IMG/VR virus record: IMGVR_UViG_2713896790_000006
Strand: one strand, 5' to 3'
From: a virus
Taxonomy: Duplodnaviria > Heunggongvirae > Uroviricota > Caudoviricetes
Length of the DNA stretch: 5,513 nucleotides
The position numbers and the translations under genes are program-made. The number at the start of each line of letters is the position of its first letter. Positions within the stretch are counted from its first letter, which is position 1. Of the stretch, positions 1 through 5,513 are shown piece by piece. Below the pieces are notes generated by a model. It worked only from the letters and a program-made list of their open reading frames with translations. It did not search any database and was not told where the DNA came from.

Positions 1-481
1 TTTCTTCCTCCGTTGCAATTTCCAGATCTGCAGCATCCTGAAGCGGCGCAATATGCTCACTGGCTACCTGCATCAGGTTGTTTTTTGTTTCTTCCGCCTC
101 CCGGATCCGGAACAGTTTTTCTGCTTCCGTATCCTTCACCCAGGCTGTGCCGTTCCACTTCTGAAACTCCCCTTCCGGCGATAACCAGGTAACATTTTCC
201 GGTAACGGACCGAGTTCAGAAATAAATAACGCGTCGCCGGAAGCCACGTCATAGACGGTTTTTCCCCGATGATCTTCAACGAGATGCCACGATGCCTCAT
301 CACTGTTGAAAACAGCCACGAAGCCTGCCGGAATATCTGGCGGTGCAATATCGGTACTGTTTGCTGGCAGACCTGTATGAGGCGGAATATATGCGTCACC
401 TTCACCAATAAATTCATTAGTTCCGGCCAGCAGATTATAAATTTTTATGGTCTGTGGTTGTTCACTCATTCTGAATGCCAT
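1..481 (-). CDS. tfa: Tail fiber assembly protein Tfa (lambda Tfa-like), partial: start codon in window, 3' end lies beyond the window start
   Basis: Absent from the supplied ORF track (no in-window stop). Manual reverse-complement translation from ATG (complement of 479..481) is open for 160 codons to position 2: [131 protein letters not shown]... This matches the phage lambda Tfa N-terminal region as I recall it. GAGG Shine-Dalgarno (complement of 490..493) lies 8 nt upstream. The ATG overlaps the stf stop by 1 nt (TAATG). Confidence 0.88.
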   Translation of the reverse strand, partial: MAFRMSEQPQTIKIYNLLAGTNEFIGEGDAYIPPHTGLPANSTDIAPPDIPAGFVAVFNSDEASWHLVEDHRGKTVYDVASGDALFISELGPLPENVTWLSPEGEFQKWNGTAWVKDTEAEKLFRIREAEETKNNLMQVASEHIAPLQDAADLEIATEEE

Positions 482-3444
482 TATGCAAGCCTCACAATAT
501 AGTTAAATGCGATGTTTTTGACGGTGTTTTCCGCGTTACCAGCAGCGTTAACGGTGATGGTGTGTCCATGTGAACCAATCGCAACGGAGTGCGTATGAGC
601 ACCAATACCGACAGTATGTGCATGTGCGCCTGCGCTTGCAGCAGTGCCGGACAGCGAGTGGGTATGAGCACCATCTGATGATGTCTTCCCTGCATTACGA
701 GTCTGGCCACTACCGCTTGTTGTGCTCATAATCCCCGCGCTTAGATTTGAAATCGCGGTATAACCATTAGGGAAAATGCTCGTGTTCGTGCCACCAAATG
801 CACCGGAACTCTTGTGTTGGTGCGCACCGGCACTATTTGCAGTCCCGCTAATACTATGGGTATGCGCCCCGGTGTTATTCGTGGATTTGGTTCCGTAATC
901 AAACGACGATGTGTTTTTCGTCCCCAAATCCGTACTGGATGCGCTGGCGCTGTGGGTGTGCGATTTAATGCCGTCCTGTTCCTGAGACAATACGGCACGA
1001 CCACTGGCGGGTTTGCCCTTAATCGTCCAGCCACGCATATCAGGGATCACGCCTGACGGATAAGCGGCTGCAAGTTTCGGGTATGCAGATTTGTCAAAAG
1101 TCTGCCCCTGCATCAGGGCATAGCCAGACGGAACGGTATCTGATGGCCACGGGATTGGTGCGCCAGGCGGATAAAACTGCTCTGATGGCGTATAGAGTGA
1201 ATAAACTGTACCGTCCGTTAACCCTTCCGGCTTATTAGCAGAATATGCTGGTGACGTATGAATCGTCACGCTGGCATTACTGGTATAATCCCATTGAATA
1301 TTTACACCAGTCGCATAATTTCCGATTGCAACGTAAATATCGTAAGTATCACCAGATGTATTGACCCAGGCAAAATTTGTAAACCCTGTCGATGTGCGCT
1401 GCCATAAAGCACCAGTAATCCCCTTCGGATTACCATTACCTGCACGCAAAACAAGTTCAGATATACCTGCCTGTTGAGGTGACCCCACGTTAAATCCCGC
1501 GCCACCAATCAACGTAATTGAAACAACAGAACTCGCCTGTGGCATGGTTACCGTTGCTAATTTGAACCAACCAGCACCACCGCTGAATGACATTGTTGTT
1601 GAGTTAAGCGTACCAATATCTTTCGGCGTCAGTGTTATATCCGCTGAAAGCGCCTTACCATTCACCTTACGGGCAGAAGGTACCCGACCATTCGCGTTAT
1701 CATTAGCTGCTTTCACTGCTTTCGGTGTCGCGGCAAGCGTTTCAGATGCGCTGTTGGTTGCACTACTGAGCTGGACAATTCCTTTTTGTGCTGTCGTAGC
1801 GTTCTGAGCAGTATATTTCCCGTTAGCAAGGTCATAGGCTGCCTTTACCGACTTTGGCGTTGCCGCCAGCATTTCAGATGTGCTGTTGGTCGCGTTGCTA
1901 AGCTGAACTATCCCTTTCTGTGCTGTCGTTGCATCCTGTGCGGTGTATTTCCCGTTAGCCAGCTCATACGCGGCCTTAACGGCTTTTGGTGTTGCCGCCA
2001 GTGACTCGGAAGTGCTGTTAGTCGCACTGCTGAGCTGTACTATCCCCTTTTTCGTCGTGCTCGCATCCTCAAGCGCGACGGCGGATGCAATATCCTCTGC
2101 CCGTTTTGCCGCTGTCTCGGCGCGCGTTGCCGCGGATTCCGCCGTACTTTTGCTCTGAGCTGCCGCCGTCGCACTGCCAGCTGCCTCTGTCGCCTTCGTG
2201 GATGCCGTCGTGGCGCTGCCCTTTGCTGCTGACGCCTGTCTGGTCGCCTCATCTTTTGAAGCAGACGCAGATAATGCCGATGACGCCGCCGAACTGGCGG
2301 ACGATGCGGCAGCCGTTTTTGAGGATTCTGCGCTGGTTTCCGACGCTTTCGCGTTCGTCTCGGATGTCTTCGCTGCGGAAGCAGACCTCGCTGCTGCGCT
2401 GGCCTGTACAGCGGCTTCGCCAGCCTTCGTTGTGGCTGTTGAAGCGGACGATGCAGCACTTTCTGCCGATTTTCCGGCGGCGGTGGCACTGGCTGAGGCC
2501 TGCCCGGCATTTGTTGACGCGGCGCTGGCAGATGAGGCAGCCGCTGTTTTTGAGTCTGCTGCTGCGGAGGCACTCTGTGCTGCTGCCGTCTCAGAAGACT
2601 TAGCGTTCGTCTCGGACGTTTTTGCCGCCTTCGCGGAATTTCCTGCCGCTGTTGCCGAGGAGGCTGCACTACTGGCGCTCGAGGCTGCGCTCGTTTCTGA
2701 TGATTTTGCCGCCTCTTTTGAGGCCGCCGCATCCCGGGCTGAGGTGGCAGCTTCTGACGCCTTCGTGGTCGCGGCGGATGCAGAAGTGGCTGCTGATTGT
2801 TGTGACGCTGCCGCATTCGTTTCTGACGTTTTCGCGGCACTGGCACTGGTAGCTGCCGCGCTTTTTGAGGACTCTGCAGCGGCAGCACTTTTTGATGCTT
2901 CAGTAGCCTTTGTTGATGCCGTTCCTGCGCTGGAAGACGCTGACTGAGCCGACGTCGCGGCCTGCCCGGCTGATGTGCTGGCTGCACGTGCTGAGCCTGC
3001 AGCATCAGTCGCATGGGTTGCCGCCTCACGGGCTGATGTGCTGGCATCGCTGGCTGACTTCTTCGCGGCTGCTGTGTTCTGCGCCACTGCGGACGCGTTA
3101 CGCGCCACCTCTTCCACCATCAGTTCAAAACGGCGCAGTGCCTCAGGACGGGCATCATCCTCCGTCATGGCACCGAGAAAATCATTCAGCGTACCGGGTC
3201 GGGAATCTTCATACACGGTGATGGTCCCGGCATGTGACGGCGGGAATCCTTCCACCAACAGAATAACGCTGTACTGACCGTACTCAACGTCCATGCTGTA
3301 ACGCCCGGCCTCATCCGGATTTTCTGAGGCCAGCGTGTTCACCACCACCGTGGTGCTGTTACGTTTTGCTTTCAGCTGGATTGTGCAGTTCTGTACCGGT
3401 TTTCCTGTGCCGTCTTTCAGTACACCTGAAATCTTTACTGCCAT
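481..3444 (-). CDS. stf: Side tail fiber protein Stf (lambda Stf / T4 gp37-like tail fiber), full length, 987 aa from ATG
   Basis: Single uninterrupted minus-strand ORF. N-terminus [26 protein letters not shown]... is the conserved lambda Stf anchor region. Followed by a long Ala/Ser/Thr-rich low-complexity shaft, three tandem ~44-aa repeats ([35 protein letters not shown]), the conserved tail-fiber motif [47 protein letters not shown], and seven HxH His boxes near the C-terminus, ending ...[11 protein letters not shown]. The track starts at a GTG at 3450 (MNM...); I prefer the ATG at 3442..3444, which gives the conserved MAVKISG start with a G-rich SD-like run 5 nt upstream. Stop is TAA (complement of 481..483). 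Confidence 0.93.
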   Translation of the reverse strand: MAVKISGVLKDGTGKPVQNCTIQLKAKRNSTTVVVNTLASENPDEAGRYSMDVEYGQYSVILLVEGFPPSHAGTITVYEDSRPGTLNDFLGAMTEDDARPEALRRFELMVEEVARNASAVAQNTAAAKKSASDASTSAREAATHATDAAGSARAASTSAGQAATSAQSASSSAGTASTKATEASKSAAAAESSKSAAATSASAAKTSETNAAASQQSAATSASAATTKASEAATSARDAAASKEAAKSSETSAASSASSAASSATAAGNSAKAAKTSETNAKSSETAAAQSASAAADSKTAAASSASAASTNAGQASASATAAGKSAESAASSASTATTKAGEAAVQASAAARSASAAKTSETNAKASETSAESSKTAAASSASSAASSALSASASKDEATRQASAAKGSATTASTKATEAAGSATAAAQSKSTAESAATRAETAAKRAEDIASAVALEDASTTKKGIVQLSSATNSTSESLAATPKAVKAAYELANGKYTAQDATTAQKGIVQLSNATNSTSEMLAATPKSVKAAYDLANGKYTAQNATTAQKGIVQLSSATNSASETLAATPKAVKAANDNANGRVPSARKVNGKALSADITLTPKDIGTLNSTTMSFSGGAGWFKLATVTMPQASSVVSITLIGGAGFNVGSPQQAGISELVLRAGNGNPKGITGALWQRTSTGFTNFAWVNTSGDTYDIYVAIGNYATGVNIQWDYTSNASVTIHTSPAYSANKPEGLTDGTVYSLYTPSEQFYPPGAPIPWPSDTVPSGYALMQGQTFDKSAYPKLAAAYPSGVIPDMRGWTIKGKPASGRAVLSQEQDGIKSHTHSASASSTDLGTKNTSSFDYGTKSTNNTGAHTHSISGTANSAGAHQHKSSGAFGGTNTSIFPNGYTAISNLSAGIMSTTSGSGQTRNAGKTSSDGAHTHSLSGTAASAGAHAHTVGIGAHTHSVAIGSHGHTITVNAAGNAENTVKNIAFNYIVRLA
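1690..2058 (-). repeat. In-frame tandem repeat inside stf: about three copies of a 129-132 bp unit (43-44 aa phage tail-fibre repeat)
   Basis: Translated copies: [43 protein letters not shown] / [44 protein letters not shown] / [37 protein letters not shown] (third copy degenerates). At DNA level the motif tatttcccgttagc recurs at 1814 and 1946, a 132-bp period. Confidence 0.85.
2059..3132 (-). repeat. Low-complexity Ala/Ser/Thr-rich coding region of stf (fiber shaft) with degenerate short repeats
   Basis: Stf residues ~105-462 consist almost entirely of A/S/T/K/E, with recurring AAKTSETNA(K/A)(S/A)SET... units. The GC-rich, codon-biased DNA lacks stops in several frames, which explains the long overlapping track ORFs 2040..3047(-), 2198..2947(+), 2085..2603(+) and others. 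Confidence 0.7.
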
Positions 3445-3453
3445 ATTCACCCC

Positions 3454-3482
3454 ACAAAAAAGCCCGCCTGAACAGGCGGGCT
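3454..3482 (-). terminator. Rho-independent terminator between lom and stf, oriented for minus-strand transcription
   Basis: Perfect GC-rich inverted repeat: 3461..3468 agcccgcc pairs with 3475..3482 ggcgggct, loop tgaaca. On the minus strand it is followed by TTTTTGTGGG (complement of the A-run at 3456..3460). It lies 27 nt downstream of the lom stop and about 10 nt upstream of the stf ATG. Confidence 0.7.
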
Positions 3483-3508
3483 GTCATAACACTGTGTTAC
3501 CTGGCTAA

Positions 3509-3998
3509 TCAGAACTTATAACCGACACCCACGATGNNNNNNNNNNNNNNNNNNNNNNNNNNNNNNNNNNNNNNNNNNNNNNNNNNTGTTGTCAGTTACG
3601 CGGAGATAATCCCCGGAGAAAGTCGACACACGGCTGTAAGCCACACCCGCCATCGCATACGCGCTGAACCATTCATTCACGCGCACAGACGGCCCCACCA
3701 TCACGCTGAACCAGCGGTTACGCACGGAATCTTCATGCCAGCGGGTATCGCTGTAACGGGTAAGCTGGCGATTCTTGTCTCCTGCATAGCTGAATGACGT
3801 CACCAGCCCCAGTGTGTCCGTAAACTCATAACGGTATTTCACGTTAATCCCGTTAAGATCATCGCTGCCGGGAACGTTCGTCGAGGCATGAAGATACCCC
3901 GCGCTCAGCGTGGACTGATGTTCAGATGCCCATGCAGGCGCACCGGATACGGCCAGACAAATGGCTGCGGACAAAATGGCGGCATAAAGTTTACGCAT
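3509..3998 (-). CDS. lom: Lom outer membrane protein (Ail/Lom/OmpX family beta-barrel; lambda lom moron), interrupted by an N-run
   Basis: Translation from ATG (complement of 3996..3998): [137 protein letters not shown], with a signal peptide and AWA/S cleavage site. This matches lambda Lom as I recall it. After the N-run the sequence encodes ...IVGVGYKF-stop (TGA, complement of 3509..3511), a typical outer-membrane-protein C-terminal strand ending in Phe, but in a different frame from the N-terminal part. GAGG SD (complement of 4004..4007) is 5 nt upstream of the ATG. The track ORF 3516..3998 stops at a frame-shifted TAA that is an artefact of the N-run length. Confidence 0.85.
3537..3586. 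other. Run of 50 N (assembly gap or masked segment) inside lom
   Basis: Fifty consecutive ambiguous bases. The lom flanks are out of frame across it, so the run is not length-preserving. Confidence 0.95.
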
Positions 3999-4019
3999 AA
4001 TTACCTCTCGCTTTTCTGC

Positions 4020-4046
4020 AATAAAAAAGGCACCATTTCTGGTGCC
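4020..4046 (-). terminator. Rho-independent terminator between J and lom, oriented for minus-strand transcription
   Basis: Perfect 7-bp stem: 4029..4035 ggcacca pairs with 4040..4046 tggtgcc, loop tttc. On the minus strand it is followed by TTTTTTATT (complement of 4020..4028). It sits 22 nt downstream of the J stop and about 20 nt upstream of the lom ATG. Confidence 0.75.
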
Positions 4047-4067
4047 CTTATATGGGTTATAACAATT

Positions 4068-5513
4068 TCAACGAATACTGATGCCGGAAGCGGCTTTTTT
4101 GGTCACAATCACCGTACAGTCGGTGATATTACCTGCCCACTGATTGCCTTTATGGAAAACCTTAAACTCCAGAGTGACGCTTCCCCTGCCACTCGGCATA
4201 TCAATAACCGCACTGTAGCTACCGGGAATGGCCCCTTTAGTTTCTCTGGATGCGATTAATACACCGTTTTGGCGAACTTCAAAACCATAACCCGTGTATC
4301 TTGTACCTCCCGGGTTATTACCACTTCCCGGATCGCTATACGCTATTCCGTTAAAGATAATGGGCGGAATAATGATTTGACGGTCAAAGTTATGATCATC
4401 GCTTATGGTGACTGTAACCGTCCCGTTTGGTGTTTCCGTGTTACCCCACGTACCAGCCTGTTTCGGAAATGATTTGGATACAGCTTTAACGAAATCCCCT
4501 CTGACCTGAGTCGCCTCCAGCATGCCCTTAATCGTACAGTTTTCATTTACCGTGACATTGTTGAGCGTCCCGGCGTTCGCATTCACACTGCCACTGATAT
4601 CCGCATTTTTAGCGGTCAGCTTTCCGTCTGATGTCAGGGAAAATACCGGTGGATTTCCACCGCTGGTAATGGTGGGGGCCGTCAGGCGCTTCAGGAACAC
4701 GTCGTTCATGAATATCTGGTTGCCCTGCGCCACAAACATCGGCGTTTCATTCCCGTTTGCCGGATCAATAAACGCGATACGATTGGCGGCAACCAGAAAC
4801 TGGCTCAGTTTGCCTTCCTCTGTATCCTCCATGCTGAGGCCAATACCCGCGACATAATGTTTGCCGTCTTTGGTCTGCTCAATTTTGACGCCCCACATGG
4901 CATTCCACTTATCGTTAGCATCCTTCCACTCTTTCGAAAACTGCTCCAGTCTGCTGGCGTTATCCTCCGTCAGGTCGACTTTTTCCAGCAGCTCTTTACC
5001 GAGATGGGATTCGGTTATCAGGCCTTTGAAAAAATCCAGGTAACCTTCGGCATCATCGCTCGCCCGACCAACAGCCTCCACGAATGCCGATTTGCCAACG
5101 GTGTTCACACTGCGAACGTAAAAATAATAATTATGGCCCGGCCTGATATTGATACTGGCGGCTATCCAGTACAGCGCCGTGCCAAGATAGCGTGCTGTGG
5201 TTTCAACCTGCCTGATATCCGCAATCCGCTTTTCCGAGAACCAGAACTCAAACTGTACCGTCGGGTCATAAACCGCAAGATGCGGCGTGGCGGTTATCTG
5301 AAAATAGCCCGGCGTCAGCTCAATCCGCGACGGCGCTGCCGGTGCGGCAATCCGGAACGATACCGACGCCGGATCGCCCTGCTGCTCCCACGCATTTACT
5401 GCCCGGACTGTCAGCCTGTAGTTCCCCAGAGCCAGTTGTGTGAAGCGGTAAGTGGTTTCCGTCGTCCGGGCCGTGCTGACCAGCCGCTCACTGCCGTCAT
5501 CCGCTGCCACGGT
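4068..5513 (-). CDS. J: Host specificity protein J (central tail fiber / tip attachment protein), C-terminal ~481 codons; 5' end lies beyond the window end
   Basis: Minus-strand frame is open from the window edge to a TGA (complement of 4068..4070). The track's initial M is a GTG at the window edge, not a true start. The translation (...[63 protein letters not shown]...[54 protein letters not shown]...) matches the C-terminal third of lambda J as I recall it. Its position immediately upstream of lom reproduces lambda J-lom-stf-tfa synteny. Confidence 0.9.
   Translation of the reverse strand, partial: TVAADDGSERLVSTARTTETTYRFTQLALGNYRLTVRAVNAWEQQGDPASVSFRIAAPAAPSRIELTPGYFQITATPHLAVYDPTVQFEFWFSEKRIADIRQVETTARYLGTALYWIAASINIRPGHNYYFYVRSVNTVGKSAFVEAVGRASDDAEGYLDFFKGLITESHLGKELLEKVDLTEDNASRLEQFSKEWKDANDKWNAMWGVKIEQTKDGKHYVAGIGLSMEDTEEGKLSQFLVAANRIAFIDPANGNETPMFVAQGNQIFMNDVFLKRLTAPTITSGGNPPVFSLTSDGKLTAKNADISGSVNANAGTLNNVTVNENCTIKGMLEATQVRGDFVKAVSKSFPKQAGTWGNTETPNGTVTVTISDDHNFDRQIIIPPIIFNGIAYSDPGSGNNPGGTRYTGYGFEVRQNGVLIASRETKGAIPGSYSAVIDMPSGRGSVTLEFKVFHKGNQWAGNITDCTVIVTKKAASGISIR

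Noticed and set aside
136-417. Track ORF 136..417 (-), 93 aa, and overlapping plus-strand ORF 269..502, 77 aa
   Set aside because: Both lie inside the tfa coding region in other frames. The correct frame, absent from the track because its stop is off-window, gives a clean lambda Tfa-like protein. These are out-of-frame or antisense artefacts.
1-481. Invertible host-range segment (Pin/Gin-type shufflon) at the stf 3' end / tfa
   Set aside because: Some cryptic prophages carry an invertible fiber C-terminus with alternative tfa copies and a pin invertase. Within this window there is a single tfa in the same orientation as stf and no inverted crossover repeats, but the region beyond position 1 is not visible, so this cannot be assessed here.
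1690-2058. Tandem repeats as a possible CRISPR array or VNTR outside genes
   Set aside because: The repeats are in-frame within stf, have a 129-132 bp period with no unique spacers, and encode the conserved tail-fibre repeat peptide. They are not a CRISPR array.
492-3277. Many track ORFs nested in stf: 492..710(-), 741..1034(-), 814..1056(+), 1302..1508(-), 1544..1807(+), 1786..2004(+), 1943..2158(+), 2040..3047(-), 2085..2603(+), 2198..2947(+), 2622..2852(+), 2910..3221(+), 2975..3277(+)
   Set aside because: All lie entirely within the 987-codon stf frame. Their translations are low-complexity (Arg/Pro/Gln-rich or Ala/Asp-rich) or lack any recognisable features, and they arise from the stop-poor, GC-rich repetitive composition of the fiber gene.
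3448-3450. GTG start for stf as used by the ORF track (989 aa, MNMAVK...)
   Set aside because: The in-frame ATG two codons downstream gives the conserved MAVKISG N-terminus and has better spacing to the G-rich Shine-Dalgarno-like run. The GTG would leave essentially no spacer and overlaps the terminator tail.
3516-3998. Track ORF 3516..3998 (-), 160 aa, ending ...XXXXHRGCRL
   Set aside because: The N-terminal 137 aa are genuine Lom, but the C-terminal HRGCRL-stop is an artefact of translating through a 50-N placeholder that shifts the frame. The real Lom C-terminus is ...IVGVGYKF with stop at complement of 3509..3511.
4047-4075. Possible promoter for lom at the J stop (TTGAAA ... TATAAG, or extended -10-like TGtTATAAC) on the minus strand
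   Set aside because: Spacing between the candidate -35 and -10 hexamers is 13 nt or less, the -10 candidates lack the conserved final T, and any transcript would start essentially inside the terminator hairpin. Not supportable from sequence alone.
3534-5043. Plus-strand track ORFs 3534..3797, 3888..4259, 4269..4472, 4522..4857, 4861..5043
   Set aside because: All are antisense to lom or J, short, without ribosome-binding sites or recognisable protein features. One begins with an ATG immediately followed by the N-run.
1-5513. Search for a novel defence or accessory system (toxin-antitoxin, restriction-modification, abortive infection, retron, integrase, recombinase, IS element, tRNA or other RNA gene)
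   Set aside because: The four minus-strand genes J-lom-stf-tfa and their short intergenic terminators account for essentially the whole window. No other coherent ORF, structured RNA candidate or repeat architecture is visible. The only unseen sequence is the 50-N run inside lom.

Overview
This window is the distal tail / host-range module of a lambda-like (lambdoid) phage or prophage of an enterobacterial host, with all genes on the minus strand in lambda order: the 3' end of J (host specificity protein), then lom (Ail/Lom outer-membrane moron, interrupted by a 50-nt N-run), then an intact 987-aa side tail fiber gene stf, then the start of tfa (tail fiber assembly), which runs off the window. 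Two rho-independent terminators bracket lom. The tfa frame is missing from the supplied ORF track because it has no in-window stop; I recovered it by manual translation. The other track ORFs are alternate-frame or antisense artefacts, mostly caused by the stop-poor, GC-rich Ala/Ser/Thr-coding region of stf. I found no RNA genes, CRISPR array, transposase, integrase or defence-system genes, and no evidence of a previously undescribed system; this is a well-characterised module. The points worth a second look are the non-length-preserving N-run in lom, the intact and modular stf (tandem 44-aa repeats, His-box tip), the terminator-bracketed lom, and a possibly divergent J receptor-binding end. 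Protein identifications rest on translation plus recall of lambda proteins, not on a database search.
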